Assembly: GCA_046758765.1 (NCBI GenBank)
Contig: JBHIAW010000002.1
Coordinates: 1 to 48,840, forward strand
Source: a bacterium
Lineage (GTDB): Bacteria > Zhuqueibacterota > Zhuqueibacteria > Oceanimicrobiales > Oceanimicrobiaceae
DNA: 48,840 bases
Direction: 5' to 3'
Numbering within the stretch: position 1 is the stretch's first letter; every line of letters begins with the position of its first letter. A model generated the notes under the pieces. It was not told the origin of the DNA. It made no database searches and saw only the letters and a program-made list of their open reading frames with translations. A program made the translations under genes and the position numbers. Positions 33,501 to 45,642 of this stretch are shown piece by piece.

Positions 33501-36404
33501 TTATTTTGGGGGCGAGATAGGAGTTTGGGTTTTCTCAACTTCTCGCTCCTTGGTGTCAAAGTACGACTCTTTGAAATAATCTTCCTTTTGCTTTTTCTCT
33601 GTTTGAATTTGTTCTTTTGTCACTTCTTCTTCTATACGCTTAATTTTCTCATCAAACCCTGCGATTCTTTGCTCTAACGATTTTCTGCGTTCTTCTAATA
33701 TCTGATTAATCGAATTAATATTGTCTGAGATGTCAGAAATTCTTGCCTCTTTTTCCTTAATGCTCTGAAAGGTAATGTCATTCATTCCGAAACCAGAGAA
33801 ATCGGCCCAGGTATCGAAGTTGGTGTCTAATTCCTGAACTTGGTGCTCAGCCAGCCAAACACGAAGTTGACTAGATCGATTCATAAGATTCCTTAACTCA
33901 TTTTCCAAAATTTCCAAGTCCAGTTTGGCATCTAAATCATACGTATAAGCTACACTTGTAGCCTGTAATCGTCTTAGATTTCTTAGATTCTCTTGAATTC
34001 TTTGACGTTCGTTATCCATTTGTTGAACTAAGTTACTTAACACAGCCCTTTGGTATTTTACCGACCCTTCCTTAGTTGCGAGTGGATATTCTAATAAATA
34101 ATTTACATTATACATAGAACTGTCCGCTTGATAAACATTTAGTACCTTCATTAACCTCTCGCGTTGTTGATGGGCAGCAGTTACAATACTTTTTTCTCCT
34201 TTTTCATTTGCCTGAATGATAATCTCGTCTAAATAATCAATTTGCTGTAAAATAGTGTTACGTTCATCTTCAAATTTTTCTAAAACCAAATTTCCTTTAA
34301 TTCCACGATGTCGAAATTCTGCAAGCATTTGCTGTAGGTGAGCTCGAATTTGAGAAGTAATCTTATAAAGGTTATCGTCACGTCGCTCTAGAATCTCTTC
34401 TTCTATTTGGTCTAGCTCAGCAAGTTGATCTAAGATCAATTTTCTCTCGTCATTGTAAAAATCAGACAATTCCAAAACTCTTCGAGCATTAGCGACGTAT
34501 CTTAAATCTCGGAGCGCAGAATCTGGTTGCTTTAAAAGCTTCTTACAATGGGCCGACAAAACTAAGGCTTCGTAGGTATAATTTGAGGCCAAATAATCTT
34601 GAAACAAATGATTCACATTTTCAATAGTTTGGGCATAGTTACCTTGTTTAAAATTAGCCCAAGCTGCGCCTAAGAGACTCTTATCATAGTCACTGAATCC
34701 TGGTGAAACGCTATTAAAATACTCAAGAGCTTTTTCATAATCACCAAGTTCATAGTGAATGTAGCCCAGTTTCAAACGAGAGTTGTTTCGAATAAAGGTC
34801 GTTTGAGTCTCTGTCCATGGATAATTTTCACGATTTGCCAATTCCTTAAATATCTCAATTGCATCGTCATAATTATGTTGATTTGCAGAAACGATGCCCA
34901 ACAGGTAACGTGCCATCAAATAGTATTTCGAATCCTTTGCCACATTTGATAGCGCTTCTTTAGCCTCACTGAATCTTGAATCTTTGAAATAGGCATAACC
35001 AGCCATATAATTACACTTGTTGTAACAACTTTTTTTCACCCTTGCAGCCTGGGATTTAAGGATTTCAAAATATTTATAAAAATCTGTCTTATTGCCTAAT
35101 TTGTCATTGATCACCATCAGCCGAAATAAACTGTCTTCAAAATATGGTGAATCAGGATACTCGGCTACAATCACTTCATAATCCTTTGTTGCATCATCGA
35201 ACAACTGACGAGCGTATAAGCACTCTCCGCGAAAGAAAATCACGGATTCAAGACCTTTGAAAAAGTTACCATAATCTTTCAAAATTAGATTAAATTGAAG
35301 TTCGGCTAGCGGGTAATCACCCTCAACATAATTCAAAAACGCATCATTCAAATCCCTTTCAAGCATTCTTGACCTTTCTGCTAAAGAAGCATTAGCGAGA
35401 AGGCTTTCTTTCATTATTTCATGCTGAGTATATCGAACATCATAATTAGCGATTTGCTTTGCTTTCCATTCTCCAAAAATCTCGGATACCTTTGGACCCT
35501 CCACTATCAGATTAGAGTCATATCCTAACAAACTTAGAAACCGATTGTCGATTTTTTTCAAAATGGACCTTCTATAGTCTTCCAGTTCAATACTGACATC
35601 AGTGTCCTGATTAATAGCCTTTAATTCCAATTTTTCTATTTCATTTAATATTTGGGTAATCAATTTTGCTTCAATTATGTATTGGTCTGCAAGGGCATCG
35701 GGAAAAGCGGCTTTTGAGTCGCCCAAAAGATTACTGATCGAGTCTTTTTGAGATTCAATTAGTTGCTGCATTTGACCACTTGCTCGCGCTTTGACTTTCC
35801 GTCTAAATTTATCCAAATGACTATAAAACGATAATACAGAATCTACTTCACTGGAATAGTCTTGAACCATTTCAGATATACGCTTTTGCGTATGAAGGCC
35901 CTCTGCGTAAAGTTCTCGATTTTCCAGCAGCCCGACTACTTTTTCCCGCAACGCAGCAATTTTTTCCCAAGACCTGAAATCTCTATTCTGATCCACTACC
36001 CGCTCTAATTGGTTGATTTCCTCTATTATTTTTAGAAGTTTATTTAGCTCTTGGGAGTATTCTGCGATTAATCTATCCGACTCACCAAATATCTCGGCAT
36101 AACCAATTTCATCTTTCAGAATAGCCCTTTTCCCTCGCACTCTTATTTCTTCAGTAATATTTTGAATCATTTGCAAAAGCAGTTTCTCCTTCACAGCCAT
36201 ATCTGAAAAAAACTGCTTGCTTTTCTGATTGAGATAAAATTGAAGTTTGTCCTCAAAGCTTACTTCAATCTGGCTTTCAAAATCATCTGTTTCTTGAGAA
36301 TAAAGATAAGGGTTATTCTGAATGTGGAAAATTAACAGTAAAAAAGATGGAATGAGGAATAACTTTAAATAATGATATTTTGTCTTTCGTAGCTGCCTTG
36401 CCAT
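33501..36404 (-). CDS. 967-aa membrane-anchored coiled-coil / TPR protein
   Basis: N-terminal TM (YHYLKLFLIPSFLLLIFHI), about 330 aa of coiled coil, central TPR-like units (e.g. YLLGIVSANQHNYDDAIEIFKELA) and a C-terminal coiled coil. Confidence 0.75.
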   Translation of the reverse strand: MARQLRKTKYHYLKLFLIPSFLLLIFHIQNNPYLYSQETDDFESQIEVSFEDKLQFYLNQKSKQFFSDMAVKEKLLLQMIQNITEEIRVRGKRAILKDEIGYAEIFGESDRLIAEYSQELNKLLKIIEEINQLERVVDQNRDFRSWEKIAALREKVVGLLENRELYAEGLHTQKRISEMVQDYSSEVDSVLSFYSHLDKFRRKVKARASGQMQQLIESQKDSISNLLGDSKAAFPDALADQYIIEAKLITQILNEIEKLELKAINQDTDVSIELEDYRRSILKKIDNRFLSLLGYDSNLIVEGPKVSEIFGEWKAKQIANYDVRYTQHEIMKESLLANASLAERSRMLERDLNDAFLNYVEGDYPLAELQFNLILKDYGNFFKGLESVIFFRGECLYARQLFDDATKDYEVIVAEYPDSPYFEDSLFRLMVINDKLGNKTDFYKYFEILKSQAARVKKSCYNKCNYMAGYAYFKDSRFSEAKEALSNVAKDSKYYLMARYLLGIVSANQHNYDDAIEIFKELANRENYPWTETQTTFIRNNSRLKLGYIHYELGDYEKALEYFNSVSPGFSDYDKSLLGAAWANFKQGNYAQTIENVNHLFQDYLASNYTYEALVLSAHCKKLLKQPDSALRDLRYVANARRVLELSDFYNDERKLILDQLAELDQIEEEILERRDDNLYKITSQIRAHLQQMLAEFRHRGIKGNLVLEKFEDERNTILQQIDYLDEIIIQANEKGEKSIVTAAHQQRERLMKVLNVYQADSSMYNVNYLLEYPLATKEGSVKYQRAVLSNLVQQMDNERQRIQENLRNLRRLQATSVAYTYDLDAKLDLEILENELRNLMNRSSQLRVWLAEHQVQELDTNFDTWADFSGFGMNDITFQSIKEKEARISDISDNINSINQILEERRKSLEQRIAGFDEKIKRIEEEVTKEQIQTEKKQKEDYFKESYFDTKEREVEKTQTPISPPK

Positions 36405-36603
36405 GATAGAATTTCACCGTTGGACAATATATTTATGAAGAATGACGATTAATTTTTGAAAGCTCAGCCAATCAAGCCAAATATGTTCCTACTTCTCCAT
36501 AGAAAGTTTTTATTTATTTCGTCGGTGAATTAAAAATCTTTACAAAAAAGAATGCAATGTTGTTAGGTCTCCAAGCTTGAGAAGAACACAAATATTGATG
36601 GAA

Positions 36604-37029
36604 TTAAGTTTTTGAAGCTACGCGAATCCTGTTAATGGCCCTCACTAATGCAACCCTGGCGCGCGCAACATCCCATGTTTTACTGCCTTCGTTAATTCTT
36701 TTGATGGCCCTGTCCTTGGCATCTTGGGCACGTTTGAGGTCAATAGCAGCCGTAGATTCCGCAGTTTCAGCCAGAACAGACATACTGTGGGGAAGTACTT
36801 CTACAAAACCACCGCTTGTAGCAAAAAACAAAGTTTCGTCATCAATCTGTACTTTTATTTCACCTATTTTTAGAGCGGCCAACAATGGGGTGTGCCCAGG
36901 AAGCACGCCAAAGTATCCATTTAAACCTGGAACACGAACCGCGGTGACATCACCTGAGTAGACTTTTTGGACAGGAGTAAGTATCTCAAATTTTATTTTT
37001 TGACGTAACATATTGGTATATGAATTCAT
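36604..37029 (-). CDS. atpC: F1 ATP synthase epsilon subunit
   Basis: FEILTPVQKVYSGDVTAVRVPGLNGYFGVLPGHTPLL forms the beta-sandwich, followed by a helical hairpin. It sits after atpD. Confidence 0.9.
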   Translation of the reverse strand: MNSYTNMLRQKIKFEILTPVQKVYSGDVTAVRVPGLNGYFGVLPGHTPLLAALKIGEIKVQIDDETLFFATSGGFVEVLPHSMSVLAETAESTAAIDLKRAQDAKDRAIKRINEGSKTWDVARARVALVRAINRIRVASKT

Positions 37030-37040
37030 GTTACTTCGTG

Positions 37041-38444
<1,404 letters not shown>

Positions 38445-38508
38445 CTAATCCCTTTGTTATCAAATTGATTGATTAATAGATTCACTTTACCTTAGAACAA
38501 TTTTCAAA

Positions 38509-39375
38509 TTAAGCTCGAAGTGCTTCCGCACCCCCAACAATTTCTGAAATTTCCTTTGTAATCGTAGATTGTCGAACTTTATTATAATACAGTGTTAAAT
38601 CGTATATCATCTCTTGGGCGTTATCGGTAGCTGCATCCATGGCAACCATTCTGGCGCCCTGTTCAGCAGCATAGGATTCTAACAAAATGCGCCACATCTG
38701 AATATTCAAATTTTTTGGACATACTTCATCTAATATTTTTCCAGCAGACGGTTCATGAAGGTAGTCAACCGGCTGGTATTTATCAAATTCTGGCAATTGA
38801 GGCTCGATTGGTAACAATTGCTCAACTATGACCCTTTGCACGGCGGCAGATTTGAATTCGTTATAGACCACAAAAACCCTATCCAATTCCTTGGATTGAT
38901 ATAAATTCTGAATCAAGCTCGAGATGTTGACCGCATGCTTGAATTCAAGTTGATCGAAGAGATTTATGTATCTTTCAATCAATTCAAATCCACGACGCGA
39001 GAAATGCTCAAAGCCTTTTCTTCCAACGGTCACTAAGGTCGTTTTTTCCAAAGAGTTGTGAGCATCAATTTCGGCTTTAGCCATACGAATGATGTTGGCG
39101 TTAAAACTGCCGCAAAGTCCTCGGTCAGCCGTTACTACCACATAACAAATACGGTTTGGCTCTCGCACTGCCAAGAGCGGGTGCAAGCTTCTGTTTTCTT
39201 TAGCCGCAACATGAGATAATAGCTGTCCCAAACGGTAGGCATAGGGTCTGGCACTAATAAGCCTTGCCTGAGCCTTCCGCAACTTAGCAGCCGCCACCAT
39301 TTTCATGGCCTTGGTAATTTGCTGCGTACTGCGAACGCTGCTGATGCGTCTTCTTATGTCACGAAGCGTAGCCAA
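38509..39375 (-). CDS. atpG: F1 ATP synthase gamma subunit
   Basis: MATLRDIRRRISSVRSTQQITKAMKMVAAAKLRKAQ and the C-terminal ITKEISEIVGGAEAL. The TTG start directly follows the atpA TAA. Confidence 0.95.
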   Translation of the reverse strand: MATLRDIRRRISSVRSTQQITKAMKMVAAAKLRKAQARLISARPYAYRLGQLLSHVAAKENRSLHPLLAVREPNRICYVVVTADRGLCGSFNANIIRMAKAEIDAHNSLEKTTLVTVGRKGFEHFSRRGFELIERYINLFDQLEFKHAVNISSLIQNLYQSKELDRVFVVYNEFKSAAVQRVIVEQLLPIEPQLPEFDKYQPVDYLHEPSAGKILDEVCPKNLNIQMWRILLESYAAEQGARMVAMDAATDNAQEMIYDLTLYYNKVRQSTITKEISEIVGGAEALRA

Positions 39376-40911
<1,536 letters not shown>

Positions 40912-41050
40912 TTAACAATTGTAAATAATACTGATAAACTGTACATTGGCATCTCACAAAAATACGACTGTTCCGCAATGAAACATCCTTTTACCGTATA
41001 GGCTTCAAATTTAGACCCCTTTTCAGGCAGAAATAAGGTAATTGCAAATG

Positions 41051-41608
41051 CTATACCATTTCCGAGTTTGAGTTTTCAGTCAATTGATATTTGAGCCGAT
41101 TTAATTGACTTTTAAGACTACCGTCAATGACCTGGCCATCTACTTTTATGATAATTCCTGCAATAATATTAGGATCGATGCTGTTCTGAATCTGAACATT
41201 GGCATCCAATCTCTTGCTCAAGGTTTGTTTTAGTCTAAGTAATGAGCACTCATCTAATGGAACAGCCGTAATAGCAGAAGCTCGAACTTTCTTTAAATAT
41301 CGATCAAAGATGAGTTCAAACTGCTTAGCTATGATAGAAAAAATAGATTGCCGGTTCTTCTTCAAAAGAACTAAGAGAAAATTAAAGAATACATTCGAAA
41401 CCCGGTCTTGAAAAAGTGCTTCTATTTTTCTTGCTTTCTCACGTTTGTTGATTTCTTGCGAATTGAGAAAGTGTCGAAAGGGTTGATTTGATTGTAAATT
41501 ATTATTAAACAATTCCATTTCATTGCGAATGCTCTCTAATATGCCTTTTTCTTTGGCTAGTTCAAAAAGCGCTTGTGCATACCTTTTTGCAAGAACGTTT
41601 TCTCTCAA
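41051..41608 (-). CDS. atpH: F1 ATP synthase delta (OSCP) subunit
   Basis: [17 protein letters not shown] at the N-terminus and [22 protein letters not shown] at the C-terminus. The TTG start overlaps the atpF stop. Confidence 0.9.
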   Translation of the reverse strand: MRENVLAKRYAQALFELAKEKGILESIRNEMELFNNNLQSNQPFRHFLNSQEINKREKARKIEALFQDRVSNVFFNFLLVLLKKNRQSIFSIIAKQFELIFDRYLKKVRASAITAVPLDECSLLRLKQTLSKRLDANVQIQNSIDPNIIAGIIIKVDGQVIDGSLKSQLNRLKYQLTENSNSEMV

Positions 41609-42099
41609 CTGGCCTCCACCATTTCTTGTAAGGATTCATCAATTAGTTTTTTGTGGTCATCAGTTGATAAGGCTTTGCCAATCAACTTTGAAGCCATAAG
41701 CACCGATAATTCAACGGTTTGTTTTTTTATCTCTTCCACAGCTTTTTCTCTCTCCAAAGCTATTTCTCGTTTTGTACGCTCTAACAAGTTCGAGGCTTCG
41801 GATTGTGCTTTTTCAATAATTTCTTCTTTGGTAGACTCTGCCGTTTTGCGACTCTTATTTAGAAGCTCTTGAGCTTCTTTTTTAGCGGCTTCCAAGATTT
41901 CTTGTTGTTGAGCCTTGACCTGTTGCAATTCCTCTTGAGCAACATCTGCTTTTTCAAGAGCTTCTCTTATTCTCTTTTCTCTCTCGTCAAGGGTCTGGAG
42001 AATGGGTCCCCAAGCCATTTTCTTCAAAACAAAAAGTAAAAGAATAAATGTCAAAGCGGTCCAAAAAATGGTCCCGGGATCTGGGCTAAGTAAATTCAT
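41605..42099 (-). CDS. atpF: Fo ATP synthase b subunit
   Basis: One N-terminal TM ([23 protein letters not shown]), then a long charged helix. Confidence 0.9.
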   Translation of the reverse strand: MNLLSPDPGTIFWTALTFILLLFVLKKMAWGPILQTLDEREKRIREALEKADVAQEELQQVKAQQQEILEAAKKEAQELLNKSRKTAESTKEEIIEKAQSEASNLLERTKREIALEREKAVEEIKKQTVELSVLMASKLIGKALSTDDHKKLIDESLQEMVEAS

Positions 42100-42119
42100 A
42101 TTCTATTAACCTATTTAAT

Positions 42120-42356
42120 TTAAACGGCAGTTTTAAGACTTAATAAAAAACAAATAACCAATGCTAAAAGAGCAACGCCCTCAATCATGGCTGCTGTAAT
42201 AATCATTGCACCTCTAATATCGCCGGCCGCCTCAGGCTGCCTGGCGATTCCTTCCATAGCGGCGCTGGCTAATTTACTGACACCATAAGCACCTCCAATA
42301 ACAGAAATTGCAGCACCAAAACCAGCGGATAAAAATGCCATTCCAAGTTCAGTCAT
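42120..42356 (-). CDS. atpE: Fo ATP synthase c subunit
   Basis: Helical hairpin with loop ARQPE and the carboxylate in AAMIEGVALLALV. Confidence 0.95.
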   Translation of the reverse strand: MTELGMAFLSAGFGAAISVIGGAYGVSKLASAAMEGIARQPEAAGDIRGAMIITAAMIEGVALLALVICFLLSLKTAV

Positions 42357-42396
42357 GAATCCTCCTTCTAAGTTAGTTTTAAGTTGTTCTAATTAT

Positions 42397-42539
42397 CACT
42401 ACGGCGCAAGACCGATAGAAACGTTATTCTGAGCGACTGAAAGGAGCGAAGAATCTCCAACTTCAAGACTAACTTAGGGCTAAGGTTCAGAGATTCTACG
42501 TCGCTTTGCTCCTCAGAATGACAATCTTGAGCTGTAGTG
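42397..42539. repeat. palindromic hairpin element inside the atp operon (atpB-atpE spacer)
   Basis: Outer inverted repeat CACTACGGC / GCTGTAGTG. Inner arms TTATTCTGAGCGACTGAAAGGAGCGAAGAATCTC (42424-42457) / GAGATTCTACGTCGCTTTGCTCCTCAGAATGACA (42490-42523). Confidence 0.8.
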
Positions 42540-42552
42540 TTATGACTTTTTA

Positions 42553-43365
42553 TTAATGCTCTTGATGAACTGCCATACCAATAAATACCGATGACAAAAT
42601 AGTAAATATGTATGCTTGAATCAGGGCGATTAAGATTTCAAGCAAACTCACAAATAAAATGCCTCCTAAAGTGATGCCGCCTACGAACCAATTTTTGAAA
42701 GTAAAAATTAAACCCAAGAGGGCAAAGATGACCACGTGTCCGGCTGTCATATTTGCGAAAAGTCGAATGGCCAAAGCGAAATGCTTGGTCATCATACCGA
42801 TGAATTCAACCGGAATCATAATGGGCAATACAAAAAACGGTAAACCTGGTGGAATAAGTCCTTTAAAATATCCAACAAACCCATGACTCTTGATGCCGGA
42901 AATTTGTACCATAAAAAACGTAAGAAGCGCCAAAGCGGCGGTCACGCTAATGTTGCCAGTGGCTGTAAAGCCAAATGGGACTAATCCTAATAGATTACAG
43001 GTAAGTATAAAAAAGAAAGCGGTTAACAGATAAGGAGCATACTTGCGGCTGTGACTCCCAAGATACGGCCGCATCACGTCTTCTTCTAAATAACTAACAA
43101 GAAATTCAAAGAAATTTGCAAGGCCATGAGGCACTAACTTGGGTTTTCGGAATAACCAGGAAAAAGTCACAATCAATAATCCAGAGGCGATCCACATCAT
43201 AATTATATGCTTGGTAATGGAGAGGTCAAAACCAAACAGATGAATTGGAATCACATCTGAATCGGTAATGTGGTGCATAATAAAATCAGCGCCCGCCTGC
43301 TCATGTTCACCACCTTGTGCTCCTCCAATTAATCTTGGGTAACAAAATGCAAGAAATGCTGTCAT
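42553..43365 (-). CDS. atpB: Fo ATP synthase a subunit
   Basis: Essential Arg context LAIRLFANMTAGH, five or six TMs, and an N-terminal His/acidic extension. Confidence 0.93.
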   Translation of the reverse strand: MTAFLAFCYPRLIGGAQGGEHEQAGADFIMHHITDSDVIPIHLFGFDLSITKHIIMMWIASGLLIVTFSWLFRKPKLVPHGLANFFEFLVSYLEEDVMRPYLGSHSRKYAPYLLTAFFFILTCNLLGLVPFGFTATGNISVTAALALLTFFMVQISGIKSHGFVGYFKGLIPPGLPFFVLPIMIPVEFIGMMTKHFALAIRLFANMTAGHVVIFALLGLIFTFKNWFVGGITLGGILFVSLLEILIALIQAYIFTILSSVFIGMAVHQEH

Positions 43366-43371
43366 ACTTTT

Positions 43372-43761
43372 TTATGTCACTTTTCTGCTTTTTAACTCAT
43401 TTTGAATAAATCTAACTTCAAAAAATTGTAACGTTAAATAAAAACCAACTAAAGACACACTGAAGCTAATTAAAGGAACCTTGGCAATTTTCCATGCAAA
43501 AAAAAGGGCGAATATTAGGACCACAAATCTAATGCCCATACCGCCGAGAACAACAGCAAAAAATGTTTTCGTAGGTTTATTAAATGCCCATTTTATGGAA
43601 AAGAAAGCAAACAAAATGTTAATCAAACTCACCAAGTATCCATAAAAAACTCCCAAAGCCATTCGGGAGTTCCCTAATAATTTCACCGGAATAAGACAAA
43701 CAACAAGTAAAGCCGACGTTATGCCACCTATTTGGACAAGAAATTTCAAATTTTCATTCAT
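43372..43761 (-). CDS. atpI: ATP synthase subunit I-like small membrane protein
   Basis: 129 aa with 4 hydrophobic helices, located immediately upstream of atpB. Its ATG overlaps the atpZ stop (ATGAATGA). Assignment is by position and topology. Confidence 0.6.
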   Translation of the reverse strand: MNENLKFLVQIGGITSALLVVCLIPVKLLGNSRMALGVFYGYLVSLINILFAFFSIKWAFNKPTKTFFAVVLGGMGIRFVVLIFALFFAWKIAKVPLISFSVSLVGFYLTLQFFEVRFIQNELKSRKVT

Positions 43762-43999
43762 CTTTTCCTGATTTTGTAGAATCCCGCGGGTAAACCGCTC
43801 TGTAAACTGTTAGAAATCCCGCAGTCGCCCCCAAAAATAATCCAAGAATAAGTAGCAAAGGAGTGGTATGAAATTTTGAATCTAACCAGTAACCACCTCC
43901 AACACCTAATATGATTGCAATGGCAAATCTGAGACCCAAATCGATAAATGGAGCTACCGATTTAAAGCTCTTATGAGCGTCTGAAGATTTATCATTCAA
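43754..43999 (-). CDS. atpZ: AtpZ/AtpI-family protein (ATPase_gene1-type, two TMs)
   Basis: FIDLGLRFAIAIILGVGGGYWLDSKFHTTPLLLILGLFLGATAGFLTVY matches the AtpZ pattern (G.G.WLD...T.P......L.G...G). The TTG start overlaps the bactofilin stop by 8 nt. Confidence 0.65.
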   Translation of the reverse strand: MNDKSSDAHKSFKSVAPFIDLGLRFAIAIILGVGGGYWLDSKFHTTPLLLILGLFLGATAGFLTVYRAVYPRDSTKSGKDE

Positions 44000-44465
44000 C
44001 TTGTTTCGCTATTTTGATTTCTTTAGGTTCTTGTTTTTGATCAACAAAGGATGGGACGCTTTTGGGCAATTGGCTCTTGTTCTCAGCAATTTTCCCATCA
44101 CTCATTGAACACACCCCTTCGAATATCGCGCCTTCATCTATAACTAATTTGCTGGTCTTAAGCTCTCCATTAAAGACAGAATTAGCTTCAAAAACAACCT
44201 TCCCAGAAGCCTGGAGTTTACCTCTTAATTTACCGCCTACGATTGCGTTCTTAACGGCGACTTCTCCATTAATATCGCCCTCTTTACCGACTACCAAGGA
44301 ATCACTAGTAGTGATCTTACCTTTGACTTTACCATCTACCCGAAGCGTACTTTGCACCTTTAAGGTACCTTCGAAAGTAGAGCCCTTACCAATTATAGTA
44401 TTTAACTCACCGCTAGCATTGAATCCTTCGAAACTTTTCTTGCCTAGCATATTCTTCCTCACCAT
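43992..44465 (-). CDS. bactofilin (DUF583 polymer-forming cytoskeletal protein)
   Basis: Beta-helix repeats GKGSTFEGTLKVQSTLRVDGKVKGKITTSDSLVVGKEGDINGEVAVKNAIVGGKLRGKLQASGKVVFEANSVFNGELKTSKLVIDEGAIFEG. Confidence 0.9.
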   Translation of the reverse strand: MVRKNMLGKKSFEGFNASGELNTIIGKGSTFEGTLKVQSTLRVDGKVKGKITTSDSLVVGKEGDINGEVAVKNAIVGGKLRGKLQASGKVVFEANSVFNGELKTSKLVIDEGAIFEGVCSMSDGKIAENKSQLPKSVPSFVDQKQEPKEIKIAKQVE

Positions 44466-44476
44466 TTTATGCTCTG

Positions 44477-45367
44477 TTAATGATTAGAGTTGATTTTATC
44501 ATTAAATGCTAGAATGAACTCCTTTGGATCTACGGGCGCTCCATCTTTCCAGATCTCGAAATGCAGATGGGGTCCGGAACTCCTTCCAGAGGTTCCCAAA
44601 AGTGCAATCGGTTCCCCCTTCTTCACGTAGTCCTTTTCATTCTTGAGTAATCTTTGATTATGACCATAGTAGGACAAAATCTCGCCCCCGTGGTCAATAA
44701 TAATTAAGTTGCCCAGATCAAAGGTCCAATTAGCAAAAATTACAACCCCTGAGCCCGCGGCACGAATTACCGAACCCTTTTTAGCCGCAATATCAAGGCC
44801 AGCATGTGTTTTTGGAACAAACCAACTTTCCTTATCAAAATCAGTTGTTAAGAAACCTTCCACAGGGAGAAGCGTAGGTATGTTTTCGGCATACTCATGA
44901 AACTTGCTCTTTTTGGGAGTCAATAAGTAGCGTCCTTGATTCTCAGCTAAATTTGGCCCCGGCTTGCTCTCTGATAAACGGAAAGATTTGATATTCTCCA
45001 AAGGTAAAGTTGGCTGGGTGGCGGCAACTCTTCCTCCAGTTTCTTTTTCCAAATCACTATTCACACCGAGCAGGTTCCTTAGTTTTTGATACTCCTTTTC
45101 TAAAAAGGAAAATTGTTCAGCTAATGAAATCACTCTTTTATTGTCTTCTTGAAGCTGCTTATTCTTTCTAGTTAATTGTTGAGTATACGTATTCAACGTC
45201 GCAAATTTCCAATAAAAGAGTGCTCCAAAAATAATGTGTAAGACTAATATTATGCCAACAACATAAAAAACTTTTAATAATCGATGGTCAATGCGAAAAC
45301 TATAAGGGTCAACGTTGTCCTCGGGGACAATTAATATAGTCAATTTATTTGATCTTCTCTTTGACAT
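44477..45367 (-). CDS. M23/LytM-family metallopeptidase with N-terminal TM and coiled coil
   Basis: HxxxD (HAGLDIAA) and HxH (GPHLHFEI) zinc motifs. TM is VVGIILVLHIIFGALFYW. It lies 11 nt upstream of the bactofilin gene. Confidence 0.9.
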   Translation of the reverse strand: MSKRRSNKLTILIVPEDNVDPYSFRIDHRLLKVFYVVGIILVLHIIFGALFYWKFATLNTYTQQLTRKNKQLQEDNKRVISLAEQFSFLEKEYQKLRNLLGVNSDLEKETGGRVAATQPTLPLENIKSFRLSESKPGPNLAENQGRYLLTPKKSKFHEYAENIPTLLPVEGFLTTDFDKESWFVPKTHAGLDIAAKKGSVIRAAGSGVVIFANWTFDLGNLIIIDHGGEILSYYGHNQRLLKNEKDYVKKGEPIALLGTSGRSSGPHLHFEIWKDGAPVDPKEFILAFNDKINSNH

Positions 45368-45400
45368 TGAATTTGTGCCAAAAATACTCTCAAATTAATG

Positions 45401-45524
45401 GTAACTATTCAGGCTGTCATTCTACAAGAATCTTTTTTGAATCAACGTCCGAACGAACCTTGTTTACTTAGTGCTAAAATTTACAAAGATTCTTACGGAA
45501 TGACACGGCAGCCTGAATAGTCAC
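45401..45524 (+). repeat. copy B of the ~125-bp hairpin (MITE-like) element
   Basis: Terminal inverted repeats ACTATTCAGGCTG / CAGCCTGAATAGT. Inner arms GTCATTCTACAAGAATCTTTT / AAAGATTCTTACGGAATGAC. It is roughly 90 % identical by eye to 47444-47568 in the same orientation. Confidence 0.85.
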
Positions 45525-45579
45525 AATTAACGTCTTAGAATTTCCCTCAAGTTTTTGATAATCATACCATAAATTATTT

Positions 45580-45608
45580 AATTTAACAACCGCCCCCCTA
45601 AATGTCAA
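45580..45608 (-). promoter_or_regulatory. candidate sigma70-type promoter TTGACA-17 nt-TAAATT directed at the M23/bactofilin/atp genes
   Basis: On the minus strand: TTGACA (45608-45603), a 17-nt spacer, then TAAATT (45585-45580). The predicted 5' UTR would contain repeat copy B. Confidence 0.45.
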
Positions 45609-45642
45609 GAGATTTCTCATGGTTACAAATTCTTAAACATCT

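Noticed and set aside
42120-42356. Possible Na+-translocating c-subunit
   Set aside because: The carboxylate context is AAMIEGVAL. It lacks the Gln...Glu-Ser/Thr...Tyr signature of Na+-binding c-rings, so this is most simply a proton-type F-ATPase.
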